A stretch of DNA of 64,000 nt, from positions 1-64,000 of the IMG/VR virus record IMGVR_UViG_3300044641_010328; one strand, 5' to 3'. The position numbers and the translations under genes are program-made. The stretch's first letter is position 1. Every line of letters starts with the position of its first letter. Under the pieces are notes generated by a model. It was given only the letters and a program-made list of their open reading frames with translations, made no database searches and was not told the origin of the DNA. The stretch is from a virus. Below, in pieces: positions 45,001 to 53,454 of the stretch.

Positions 45001-45591
45001 ACATGCAGTCGAGACCACAAGCCCTTCACCATGCTGCTTGAGCATGTTGTAATCGATGCGAGGAAACTTGTAGTAGCCCTCGACGTAGGACCGCTTGACA
45101 AGGTTGAACAGGTTCTTGAGCCCAGTTCGATTCTTGGCAAAGACGACCAGATGATACCGGCGCTTCCATTCATCTGCATCATCAGAGTCAACAGACTTGG
45201 TCTCCTCCTCGTCCTCGACAACAAGGCCTCCGGTCACCTCCTCCTCAGCGAGGATGTCAATCTTCTCAGGCTTGCCTTCCTCGTTCTTTGCGCGTTTTGC
45301 CTCGAAGTGAGCAGCGCGCTTCTTTTCCCAATCAAGAAGAGATGGGACAAAGTAGAACTCGACGCCATAAAGCTGCCGGTACTTACGTCCCTTACCCTTC
45401 ATTTTCCTAGAATAGGTGTGAGCGTGAGCGAGGCCGTTGCCGCTACCGTGGTCAGTCAGCGCCCATGCGTCCATGCCATTATGGAGGACCCAGTCGATGT
45501 GCTTATCAGGATAGCCAAGTCCGTCATTGACGCTGAAACCTGAGTGCGCATGCAAACCGACAAAACGATTCGGTGGTTCGATGATGCTCAT
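42034..45591 (-). CDS. dnaE: DNA polymerase III alpha subunit (DnaE)
   Basis: PHP motifs HAHS, TDHG, DSHY; GPGRGSGAGS, PDIDTD, HAGGV, KFDFLGL, YGFNKSH. Confidence 0.97.
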   Translation of the reverse strand: MSIIEPPNRFVGLHAHSGFSVNDGLGYPDKHIDWVLHNGMDAWALTDHGSGNGLAHAHTYSRKMKGKGRKYRQLYGVEFYFVPSLLDWEKKRAAHFEAKRAKNEEGKPEKIDILAEEEVTGGLVVEDEEETKSVDSDDADEWKRRYHLVVFAKNRTGLKNLFNLVKRSYVEGYYKFPRIDYNMLKQHGEGLVVSTACVGGLLASTSIRGEALKKPHEQIQRELQNHTDRFVDAVGIDNFFLELQFNKLDIQHTTNKHLIDLSKRTGIKTIATADSHYYSPNVWQARELYKKLGRMGGRSDDMQKQTLPAFEELKCELYPKNAQQMWDEYLAHKDQHDFYKGTELLVKESIERTHDIAWEKCEEISFDSSAKLPSFNKPEQTAFNQLLDMCKKGLVELGLHTKPEYVERLKMELDDIKYLKFENYFLTLYFVFDRAQHRTLIGPGRGSGAGSLVNYVLGITSVDPIKYDLLWERFLGRHKVAWPDIDTDVGDRDVLIDEARKLFGEASVVPVSNFNTLKLKSLIKDIAKFHGIPFEEVNEVTGPLQDDVMHRALGDHEEKSTYVLSHADCMKYSEKYKIFMEKYPELCEQVQSLFMETRSIGRHAGGVLICPKLEDHMPVISVRGEIQTPWSEGMNFRHLEENGFLKFDFLGLSLLKMVEDCIRMVLQTRHGIKDPTFAQVKDFFDKNLNIRYNEMDDQDVWKHVYHEGRFTQVFQFTNSGARKFCLEAKPTSIEDLSAITAIYRPGPLAAGVHKKYVEVKNKGLATYKHPILKDVLGPTHGFVVYQEQFMLLAQKLAGFNPGESDQMRKTLVKKSLDMNEKKAKEREDLRKRFVDGAVNLNGMSVKDATELYETIEAFSAYGFNKSHSVSYAVDSYYAAWLHKHYEEEWLATCLQSENSNPEGLAKVATEIKEQGFKIHPPDINSSGLVWMYSHELQGFVPPLSSIKGVGETAVAEIMDNRPYISIESMLYTEDGAWRHSKVNKTTLTSLCSVEALRSLEDFKSGKVTNHRQLLATLTEEKNYDILRRGRFGYTKTEMKKLIKEGRQPEVTFWKLFENYENLPDWTRSEKLKMYFDLTSTSREDLMFPEDIIAKIKKAQVGPITEVGDNEKGICWFLVKDFNVKKTKNGKGFIRAQVCDNEMQTVNLRIWGEMPLNHYEIYIAEVSKDPNWGFSTNNNKMRKIQV

Positions 45592-45638
45592 TTGTTTTCT
45601 CTCGATTTATTGTATGTGTGCAGTAGCGAGAATACAAG

Positions 45639-46139
45639 CTAGTTGTCGAAAGCTATGACCATTCGGATCTTGTCAGATAGATCCTGGTCTCCGACAATTT
45701 CTGCAAGGGTGCCTGTCCAGGCCATCTCCTTGCAATTATTGTCGGGACCCGGCAGAAGGATCCGAGACACTTCCATCTGTGGAACAGGAATCGTCTCGTG
45801 GTAGTTATCAGCAGCCCAGAGATCATCTGGATTTGTCTCCTCGCCATCTTCTTTTCTGTAGGAAAGAAAGAGATCACGATTTGCCTGCCTAACTTCTGAA
45901 GGTGTTAGCCAGGTGTGGCTGTGAAGATCGCGGCCCCAGACATCAACGAGCTGCCTCCAGGCATTTGAGCAATCAGCCGGCACACCTCGTTCTGCAGTTT
46001 CTAGATTTCCAGCTGGATGCCTGACACCTGCAATGATTCCGAACCAGCTATAGCTTCTTGAGTCATTGATGTGCTCAAAGGCAATCCAGGGTCCGTCTGA
46101 TGTCTTGAATTCCCAGAATCCGTGAATATCGCAACCCAC
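45639..46139 (-). CDS. Conserved-type phage hypothetical protein (MGCDIH...FDN)
   Basis: Pattern MGCDIH, R.Y..F...AGVR, HSH.WLT, R.V..FDN; promoter at 46160-46188. Confidence 0.75.
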   Translation of the reverse strand: MGCDIHGFWEFKTSDGPWIAFEHINDSRSYSWFGIIAGVRHPAGNLETAERGVPADCSNAWRQLVDVWGRDLHSHTWLTPSEVRQANRDLFLSYRKEDGEETNPDDLWAADNYHETIPVPQMEVSRILLPGPDNNCKEMAWTGTLAEIVGDQDLSDKIRMVIAFDN

Positions 46140-46240
46140 AGTGCATCTCCTATGACTCTATTATAACACAAGCTCGGCCCGTCGCACGAGACCATGCGCG
46201 GGCCGATTGTTTTGTCGCCGACCGGCGATTAGTGACTGCC

Positions 46241-46822
46241 TCAGCCCTCGTTCTTTCTAGTGGGCTTTCCCTTCACTGCCATGAGTGCGGCATTGACAAC
46301 TGCATCAGGGTTGTCTGACCACTTTGCCATCTTCTTGAGCTCCTCGTAGGATGCTCCCTTTTCAATTGCCCTTGCCATTGCTGTAGCTGCCTTGTATGTC
46401 TCACCGTGATACTTTCCCTTCACAACTCGGCCGTTCTTCTTCTTTCCCTCAAGCATTGGCATGTCCATATATCCTGTCATTGATGACATTGCTGGCGGCA
46501 TTTGTGGCGAGTTAAACTTGTGATACTCATACTTGAGATAATCATGCACAGTTCCCATCATTGAGTCAATGACAGCAATCTTCTCCTGCACCCACTCAGG
46601 AAGATCATCGTAATCGTTGATCATGTCATGAAGCTCGTGCGCTTTCTGTCCAGTTGTGAACAGATTTGACTTGATCATGCCGGTCTCTTCTCCCGGAGCA
46701 TTATCATGAAAAACTCTGCCCTGTGTGGTTCCCATGTGATCTTGGGGCATCTGATCCATGCCCATCTCATGCATCTCTCTGAGAACCATCTTTCTGATCT
46801 TTAGTCTATCAATCGGTGACAT
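46241..46822 (-). CDS. Hypothetical late protein (LPEWVQ.KI family)
   Basis: DDLPEWVQEKIA...V.DYL.YE. Confidence 0.7.
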   Translation of the reverse strand: MSPIDRLKIRKMVLREMHEMGMDQMPQDHMGTTQGRVFHDNAPGEETGMIKSNLFTTGQKAHELHDMINDYDDLPEWVQEKIAVIDSMMGTVHDYLKYEYHKFNSPQMPPAMSSMTGYMDMPMLEGKKKNGRVVKGKYHGETYKAATAMARAIEKGASYEELKKMAKWSDNPDAVVNAALMAVKGKPTRKNEG

Positions 46823-46864
46823 TGCTCGCCTCTGTGATCTAAATATACATCAGAGGCGAGCAAT
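46821..46864 (-). promoter_or_regulatory. Start/RBS-sequestering hairpin with ATATTTA in the loop
   Basis: Perfect 14-bp ATTGCTCGCCTCTG/CAGAGGCGAGCAAT; motif at 46840-46846. Confidence 0.72.
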
Positions 46865-46871
46865 TTCTTAC

Positions 46872-47306
46872 TTATTCGATGTGTCCGTAGTAGGGCTCGA
46901 AGAGGGGCTTCCCTTCTGCAATGGATCGCTGGAGATAGTCGCGCAGATCCTCATAGGAGGTTGTAACCTTAACGCCAGATTGAGCTAGCATCAAATTGAA
47001 GTTGCCTGTGAGACCCTGCGCAAAGTAGACAATTGGAACGCCAGCGTTGTATGCCACACCTGCCTCAAAAATTGTGCCCATGTCCTTATCGCGCGTGTTG
47101 CAGAGAACAAAGTCAGCTGTTCGAATGTGATCAACATTTCCTTTGAATGTGTCCTTCTGAACCTGGAGAGAAGCTGTTGGGGGACAGATAAAGATCTTGC
47201 GCGGCGATGCAACATCAAGACCAAGATCTCCTAGCAAATTTTCCAGAGCCTCGACTTCCTCGAGCGCCTTAGGTGTGAACCAGCCAGATGCGAGATATAC
47301 CTTCAT
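46872..47306 (-). CDS. Nucleoside 2-deoxyribosyltransferase / nucleotide N-glycosidase family
   Basis: VYLASGWF, D.GT.FEAG.A, FNLML. Confidence 0.85.
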   Translation of the reverse strand: MKVYLASGWFTPKALEEVEALENLLGDLGLDVASPRKIFICPPTASLQVQKDTFKGNVDHIRTADFVLCNTRDKDMGTIFEAGVAYNAGVPIVYFAQGLTGNFNLMLAQSGVKVTTSYEDLRDYLQRSIAEGKPLFEPYYGHIE

Positions 47307-47347
47307 TTTGAACCTCACATAAACAATAGTGGCGCACATCGTTGTTT

Positions 47348-48043
47348 TTAAGAAATTTGTCTCCTTTTTTGCGTCATCTCCCTTGCTTTTCTCATAACCT
47401 CTTCTCGAGATCCTGGGTGAATTCCAAGCACACGTCTGATGCTTTCAACGATCTGATCATCTGTAACATAGATCCACCCGTTTCTGCGGCAGATCTCTTT
47501 TATGATTTCAATCTTTTTATCCTCGGAAGCCTGCACCCAGAACCACTCAACAGAATTTTTTATGTTATGAATCTCATCCTCAAGGATCTTTGCTCGACGA
47601 CGTAAAGATTCGGCAATCTTCAGATCATCAATTCCAATCTCAATATCAAGATCAACAGCAATCTCAATCAGAGTATCACCATCAGCCTTGACAGATGCTG
47701 CTGTTGCACGCCTGTACGCTTTTTCTCTCTTGTCAATTTCTTTCTGAGAGAGGCCCATCTTGTCTGTCTTGTCAGGATGTGTTTCAACAACAATCTTTCG
47801 AAACAGCTTTTTTAGGTCCGCATCTAGAGATTCTGATTTTTGATCACCAGGATCAGAAGGTGCACCTGGCGCTTCTTGCTGAGGTGGAGCCGGGGCTTGT
47901 GGCTGTGCGGTCGGGTCGACTCTGACATTTTTAAGAGATTCGAGCATCTCCCTCTTTCCGCGCTCAAACACGGATCGGTGATGCTCATTTTCCTCTCTAA
48001 TATACCTGAAGAAGAGAGAGGCTCTGTTGAGCTCTCTATCCAT
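47348..48043 (-). CDS. J-domain-like protein
   Basis: LKKLFRKIVVETHPDK. Confidence 0.7.
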   Translation of the reverse strand: MDRELNRASLFFRYIREENEHHRSVFERGKREMLESLKNVRVDPTAQPQAPAPPQQEAPGAPSDPGDQKSESLDADLKKLFRKIVVETHPDKTDKMGLSQKEIDKREKAYRRATAASVKADGDTLIEIAVDLDIEIGIDDLKIAESLRRRAKILEDEIHNIKNSVEWFWVQASEDKKIEIIKEICRRNGWIYVTDDQIVESIRRVLGIHPGSREEVMRKAREMTQKRRQIS

Positions 48044-48045
48044 GG

Positions 48046-48291
48046 CTACTTTTCTCTAAGCCAGATCAAAGATGACTTAAGGCTCTTGTAGAGAGTTACA
48101 GGCCACACGATATCAAGCTTAAATCCAGATGCAAGAATCTGTGCATGACTTTTGATATGGCTCTTTTGCTCTCTTGCCCTAACAATCTGAAATTCCTGGT
48201 GAAGATCTAGAATCTTTAGGCACCTTGAAATTAAAAAAAATAAGGCTACACAAGTGTAAGATGCTGCTACAATCCCTAGAGAATCAACCAT
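48046..48291 (-). CDS. Small membrane protein
   Basis: N-terminal hydrophobic helix. Confidence 0.5.
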   Translation of the reverse strand: MVDSLGIVAASYTCVALFFLISRCLKILDLHQEFQIVRAREQKSHIKSHAQILASGFKLDIVWPVTLYKSLKSSLIWLREK

Positions 48292-48805
48292 TAAAACCTC
48301 CTGTTCTTAGGATCCTTCTTAGATCTTCAGCTGTAATCTTCTTGCCATTCATCTCGCCGATGAAATCAGAAGATTCTTGACGAGGCGCTCTAGCCTGTGG
48401 TCGCGGTTGCGTCTCTTTTGACTCCAGGATCTTCTTTGCAGGCTGCGCAGCTGTGGCTATAGACGCAGTTACACCCACCTTCTTCTGGACAGGACGTGAG
48501 ACAGACTCAGCTGTCACTTTCACAGATTCTTCAAAGAGTGCATCAAAAGAAAGCGGGCTAAAATATCTGTCATCGATCATGACTTCTAGATTGGCACGAT
48601 ACGTTCCTTCTTTCAGCATGTTCTTCATGGATGGGATCTGGAATGAAACCTCGCCCTGTCCAGCCTGTTGGCCGCTAAAGGCATAAGAGAGGTTCTTTCC
48701 CTCAAAGACAAGCCTGTACTTGGGTGTTCCGGGCTTTGATCCTTCGATTGCAACGTTGAATCGAAGCTCATTATCCTGATCGAGACTTAAAGAAATATCA
48801 CTCAT
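48284..48805 (-). CDS. Hypothetical protein (Ig-like N-terminus, probable virion)
   Basis: 173 aa ORF. Confidence 0.65.
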   Translation of the reverse strand: MSDISLSLDQDNELRFNVAIEGSKPGTPKYRLVFEGKNLSYAFSGQQAGQGEVSFQIPSMKNMLKEGTYRANLEVMIDDRYFSPLSFDALFEESVKVTAESVSRPVQKKVGVTASIATAAQPAKKILESKETQPRPQARAPRQESSDFIGEMNGKKITAEDLRRILRTGGFNG

Positions 48806-49169
48806 CTGTTTCTCTTATTACTCTGTGCTCACCAATAACTATCTTAAAGGGATTGCTTTTCTTTGAAATCTTCTCGTTAAGGTCCGCTTTAATTCTGATC
48901 TTCTTTTCAAAGACGAGTCGTGTGATCTTATTGTAGAGCGGGTTAGAAAGGGGTGAATTGTTTACCTCTTGAAGCATGGCAGCAATCTTGTAGACGTCAA
49001 TTCCATCATCAAATACGGGATCTGCTCCATCACCCCGAAGTGCCTCTCTGATGGACTCGACGATCTTGAAATACTGGATTGCTCCTGCTGCAACCATGCC
49101 TGGCTCAGTTGCCTCTTCTTGACCCATTCCCATTGTAACAATGAGTGGGTTTCCTAGCGGACTAAGCAC
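48798..49169 (-). CDS. Hypothetical protein
   Basis: 123 aa ORF. Confidence 0.6.
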   Translation of the reverse strand: MLSPLGNPLIVTMGMGQEEATEPGMVAAGAIQYFKIVESIREALRGDGADPVFDDGIDVYKIAAMLQEVNNSPLSNPLYNKITRLVFEKKIRIKADLNEKISKKSNPFKIVIGEHRVIRETDE

Positions 49170-49654
49170 TATGAGGCTCTGTTTCGATCAAAGACAGAGA
49201 GATAGCTTGGATCGCTATTCTTGTCACGCAGGTTGAACCTGGCAACCTCAGTCAAATTGTCCGCTTTGTAAAAGACCATCTGATAATTCTCGTGATCTAT
49301 GTGCCATCTTCCTCCGAGCATGTCTCGGACAAAGACAAGATCTGTGCCTAGAGTGTTCTTTATATCCTGAATCTCTGGTGTCAAAGACACAGTAGAATTT
49401 GTGAAGTTCTGCTCTTCTGATGCATAGACAGTATCATCTCCCTGTCCTGTATCCCACAGTACAGTTCCATTGAACTGGTCTGGGAATGTGATGTTTGCAC
49501 CATAGATTCCGGTCATCAGCCCGATTTCATAGATGCCCATAGAAGACCTCGAGCTGATCTCCACACCATTCACATCAAAAAGCGTGTATCCGACTGTCCC
49601 AAGCCCGGACCTTGTGATCCCAAAGTTTGCTGTCTTGACAAGTGTATTTGACAT
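49169..49654 (-). CDS. Hypothetical protein (probable virion)
   Basis: GRW.I....MVFY..D...E.ARFNL.D motif. Confidence 0.65.
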   Translation of the reverse strand: MSNTLVKTANFGITRSGLGTVGYTLFDVNGVEISSRSSMGIYEIGLMTGIYGANITFPDQFNGTVLWDTGQGDDTVYASEEQNFTNSTVSLTPEIQDIKNTLGTDLVFVRDMLGGRWHIDHENYQMVFYKADNLTEVARFNLRDKNSDPSYLSVFDRNRAS

Positions 49655-49662
49655 CTACTTTA

Positions 49663-50163
49663 TCACTCTTTTTCAGAATTAGAATCTTCTGGCGCGTAAT
49701 TCCTAACGTCCTTAACTCGAAGCGGCCTCTCACCGGGCTTTCTTTTTTCTTTCAGCGCTCCAGACTGCTGCATCTCCTGTACCTCTTTGGCTCGAGAAAG
49801 CTCAACATCAAAGGCACCCGGAACTCCTTTAAGAACGGTGCTGTGATACTCAAGTGCTTCAATAGACCCAGTGAGCTTATTAATCTCAGCTACTATCTGC
49901 TGCGGGAGAGTCTGAAGCCTTTGGTCAACTGTCTTTATCTCTGATTCCAGGAAAGCAGCACGAGATCCCTCTGGAACCCTAGCAGCGCGTTCAAGAATTG
50001 ATCCCATTGCAGCAGAGATCTGCTTGACAATATCAGAAACATGCTTTAGCTGTTCTCTTGAATTGTCTCTTTTGCTCATCAGAGAAGCGTGCATGACATC
50101 GGCATCTTGCATCGACTTTGATAGACTTGCAATTAGAACATTTTTTATAATTTCTTCTTTCAT
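49663..50163 (-). CDS. Coiled-coil hypothetical protein
   Basis: 166 aa; ATAGATA upstream. Confidence 0.65.
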   Translation of the reverse strand: MKEEIIKNVLIASLSKSMQDADVMHASLMSKRDNSREQLKHVSDIVKQISAAMGSILERAARVPEGSRAAFLESEIKTVDQRLQTLPQQIVAEINKLTGSIEALEYHSTVLKGVPGAFDVELSRAKEVQEMQQSGALKEKRKPGERPLRVKDVRNYAPEDSNSEKE

Positions 50164-50186
50164 GTCTAGATTCTATCTATCTACAG

Positions 50187-50221
50187 AAAAAATAAAAGGG
50201 CCGCCCCTTGCGGGGCGGCCC
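50187..50221 (-). terminator. Strong rho-independent terminator
   Basis: GGGCCGCCCC-GCAA-GGGGCGGCCC followed by TTTTATTTTTT. Confidence 0.9.
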
Positions 50222-50246
50222 AGTGCAGGCTAAGCCGTGAGGCTAA

Positions 50247-51896
50247 TTAGCGGATGACTGCAGCAATGACGTCGCCAGCCTTGACTGGGAAGGCAAAGTC
50301 GAGGCGATCGCTTGCAACGACAACCGAGTAGTCGGAATCCTGCACCATGAGCATGCCGTTGACGTAGACGTCGAGACGGCCGGCAGCGGCAGCAGAATCG
50401 GCAAGACCATCGAAGCGACCAGCGGCGAGGCTGACCTGGAATGGGTATGCGCCACCGGAGGAGGCGACATCGCTTGCAACGTTCTTGACTTCCTTGCCCT
50501 TGCCGCCGCCTGAGCCGGCTGCGAGGGTGTTGAGGGCTCCGACGATCGTCTCGGTGCTGCTGAAGGCGGCGATGAACGCAGCGCGATCACCGGCCTCAGC
50601 AACAGCGTACTGGCCGTCTGCACCGGAGAGCACGAGCTCGCCAGTGGTCATCAGCTTCAGATTGGCGCCGTCTGCGAGCAGGTCGTGGGCGATTCCAATG
50701 TTGAGGGCTGAGAACTCAGGTGCAGATGCAGTGTAGATCGCCTGTGGCAGTGCCCACACCGCGCCGCCGGCTGCATCAGCAGTGACGGAGAGGTGAGTGC
50801 CGCTGACGAAGTCGATCAGACCAGCAGAGACCATGGCCTTGCCACCGTCCGACCGCATGAGGCGGTTGGCGGTGAGGTTGCTGCCCGTTACGAGTGCAAA
50901 GGTGACGCTGTCAGTTGTTGCAACAGGCTGTCCGATTGCCACAGTGATGACTGCACCAGCTTCAGAGATCGTGACACCGGTTCCGGCTGCAAGGCGGCCT
51001 TCGATGGCATCGGCGAGATCCTGGTTAGCAACCTCAATGAGGTTACCGGAAGCATCAGCCCACACGAGTGCGGAGGTGAGATCGCCGGCCTGCAGGGTGT
51101 CAGCCATGAACTTGTCAGAGGCAACCCACTTGGTGTCTGCGTGGTTCCAAGAAAGGCTCTCGCCTGCCTCGGATCCAAGGAAGATACCAGCGCCGTCGAG
51201 TGATGCACCAGTTCCGCCCTCGGCGATAACAATGTTCTTGTCATCGACGGTGAGCGTGGTGGAGTTGACGGTTGTTGTGGTTCCGTTGACTGTGAGGTCA
51301 CCAGCAATGACCACGTCCTTGCTGAACAGCGAACCAGAGACTGTGAGCGTGCCGGCGGCGAAGGTCATTCTGCCGTCGTCGATCAGGTTCTTGTTCGCGT
51401 CAACAAACGTTACGCGGGTTGCGGTGAGGTTGGTGCCCTTGAACTTGGGAGCAACGAGTGCAGAGTCGATGCCGTCGTACTTGAGTCCCACATTGTCGAC
51501 GAGCTTCTTGTCTGGTCCGTGGAAGACGAGGGCGCCATCTGTGGTGCTGAGGTTGAGGGCCTTGACAGTTCCGGCACGGGCTTCGCCAGTTACGACAACG
51601 TCGTATCCGAACGTTCCTGAGCCGACGACTGCGAGGTCCTTCTTGACACCAAGAGAAGCGGCACCAGAGGCGTCAAGGTGATCGGCGAGGTCGACGATCT
51701 GAACCTTGGCGTATTCTCCGGCAATTTCTTCCTTGTAGTCAGCGGCACCGATGATGTCCTTGACCTGGCCACGAAGGGCCTCGAGGTCAATGGCGAGTGA
51801 ACCAAGTCCATCCTCGGACTTGATCTGCTCGGCACGCATCTTGGTGATTGAGCCCGAGGGCTGCAAGCTAAGGGCTGCGTAATCTTTATTTGCCAT
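50247..51896 (-). CDS. Virion structural/fiber protein
   Basis: GDLTVNGTTTTVNSTTLTVDDKNI motif; Ala/Gly/Thr-rich; LDVYVNG..DY C-terminal domain; strong codon bias. Confidence 0.8.
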   Translation of the reverse strand: MANKDYAALSLQPSGSITKMRAEQIKSEDGLGSLAIDLEALRGQVKDIIGAADYKEEIAGEYAKVQIVDLADHLDASGAASLGVKKDLAVVGSGTFGYDVVVTGEARAGTVKALNLSTTDGALVFHGPDKKLVDNVGLKYDGIDSALVAPKFKGTNLTATRVTFVDANKNLIDDGRMTFAAGTLTVSGSLFSKDVVIAGDLTVNGTTTTVNSTTLTVDDKNIVIAEGGTGASLDGAGIFLGSEAGESLSWNHADTKWVASDKFMADTLQAGDLTSALVWADASGNLIEVANQDLADAIEGRLAAGTGVTISEAGAVITVAIGQPVATTDSVTFALVTGSNLTANRLMRSDGGKAMVSAGLIDFVSGTHLSVTADAAGGAVWALPQAIYTASAPEFSALNIGIAHDLLADGANLKLMTTGELVLSGADGQYAVAEAGDRAAFIAAFSSTETIVGALNTLAAGSGGGKGKEVKNVASDVASSGGAYPFQVSLAAGRFDGLADSAAAAGRLDVYVNGMLMVQDSDYSVVVASDRLDFAFPVKAGDVIAAVIR

Positions 51897-51978
51897 TTTA
51901 GTTTCTCCAGTTGAGATTTTTGCTCAATGAGGAGACATTCCTCATCTGAGTCCAAACTCTAACATAACTGGAACTAAA
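51897..51978 (-). promoter_or_regulatory. Structured 5' leader occluding the RBS
   Basis: TTTAGTT-CCAGTT pairs with AACTGG-AGA-AACTAAA; inner hairpin ATGAGGA/TCCTCAT. Confidence 0.55.
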
Positions 51979-52058
51979 CTTGGCTTTTTGAGAGGGCCCA
52001 AATCTCTTATATTCTATGTATGCTTATCAAGAAAATTTATTCATAAATTCTAAAAAAA

Positions 52059-52277
52059 TTATCGTGAGTAAATCATCTTCTTTAGAGACTTCAAGTGAGC
52101 ATCAAATGTGCAAAAATCTCCGTTAAAAAAATCCAGGACGTGAGAAGCACACTCACTCTTTGAATCATCAAACTTAAAGATGAATTTTCCGCTAGACTCA
52201 GAATTTGCACTAATGAGCTTTACACCCTTCATTTTCAGGTAAGCAGCTACGGGCAGCTCTGATGTTGTGTAAATCAT
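52059..52277 (-). CDS. DUF5659-like small protein
   Basis: YTTSEL..AAYL...G..L......F.F. Confidence 0.65.
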   Translation of the reverse strand: MIYTTSELPVAAYLKMKGVKLISANSESSGKFIFKFDDSKSECASHVLDFFNGDFCTFDAHLKSLKKMIYSR

Positions 52278-52322
52278 TTTTGATTATCTCTTTTTCTTAA
52301 ATAGGCACGAGGAACATCAGAT

Positions 52323-53414
52323 CTACTCTGTATAGGAGTAAGTCGCTAAAAAAATATCATCATTTTCTATAGCACCACTAGGTAGCTGTATTTGCCTATT
52401 TAAAATTGCATAATCAGTATTTTGTGTTAAAAGCTGACCATTTCTAAAAATCATCAAAGATTGAACAGGGTCTGGATCTTTTTCAATTTGGAGCGCAAGA
52501 GATCCTGAGACTGTTATAAAAGATGCAATCTCATTGAATGAGAACTTTTTGACTGAAACTGATCGTGTGTACATCGTGATGATGACATCACTTGGATCGA
52601 GATCAATTTGTCCGAATAGAATATTTCTTCCTGAGACTATGTAGTCCTTTAGTGCACCTTGTGTTAGCAGCTGTCCGTTTAACCAGAGCATTACACTTGC
52701 AGAATTTGCAGGATCGAATGCCAGAGTGAATGTCTTATTCAATCCATCCATGGCGCCAGATGGAATCTCATTTAAGACTAGCTCTGTAAGTAGTCCGGAA
52801 GAGCCATTTTTTCCAAAAGAAGAAGGATCTGCGGTTGACGATATTGTTATTTGACCGCTGGATCCGGTTGATAGCGATATTCCCGATCCTGCAATAAGGT
52901 AGGGAGATCCATCAGATAGAGCTGTAAGCGATCCGCTTAATCCTTCCAGCGCAATAACAGAGCCTGTAACTACTAGGCTGTTTCCAACCTCAACAGGAGA
53001 CCCTCCAAAAATTCTTCCTTCAACATAAACATCGCCCCCAAAAAATACGGATGATGTAGATGAAAGACTTTCAACTGTGAGAATGGTACCAGAAGTGGAA
53101 ACAGTAATACTGCCATCGGCTCCTGATGTGATCTCGATTCCATTCCCAGATCGTATAAACGGTGAGCCATCAGACAGTGCCTGGATTGAGCCCATCGCTC
53201 CAGACAAGAATGTCACGGGACCAGTAAATACCGATCCCGTGACAGAAGCAACTACGCTAAAATCATTCTTTACTACAAGCAGTTCACCAATCTGTTGGCG
53301 AACAATTCCGCCTTGCGTGTCGAGCTGCAGTTCATTCTTGAATGCACCACCAGTTCCCGAATAGACGAGAACTGGTGCAAGAAGGTGTTCATCTACAACT
53401 CTAACAGCGGGCAT
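52323..53414 (-). CDS. Virion structural protein (fiber-like repeats)
   Basis: Two LSDGSP..G.GI repeats; two NGQLLTQ..DY domains. Confidence 0.75.
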   Translation of the reverse strand: MPAVRVVDEHLLAPVLVYSGTGGAFKNELQLDTQGGIVRQQIGELLVVKNDFSVVASVTGSVFTGPVTFLSGAMGSIQALSDGSPFIRSGNGIEITSGADGSITVSTSGTILTVESLSSTSSVFFGGDVYVEGRIFGGSPVEVGNSLVVTGSVIALEGLSGSLTALSDGSPYLIAGSGISLSTGSSGQITISSTADPSSFGKNGSSGLLTELVLNEIPSGAMDGLNKTFTLAFDPANSASVMLWLNGQLLTQGALKDYIVSGRNILFGQIDLDPSDVIITMYTRSVSVKKFSFNEIASFITVSGSLALQIEKDPDPVQSLMIFRNGQLLTQNTDYAILNRQIQLPSGAIENDDIFLATYSYTE

Positions 53415-53454
53415 CTTTCATTCCAGATAGAATAATAAAGCGCCCGCAGAATTC

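Noticed and set aside
44158-45543. Long plus-strand ORFs (also 38707..39498, 41980..42654, 50797..51681, 61047..61895)
   Set aside because: These are antisense shadows of codon-biased minus-strand genes, with no motifs or RBS.
51920-51955. Hammerhead ribozyme in the structured leader
   Set aside because: It reads CAGATGA rather than CTGANGA, and no GAAA follows stem II.
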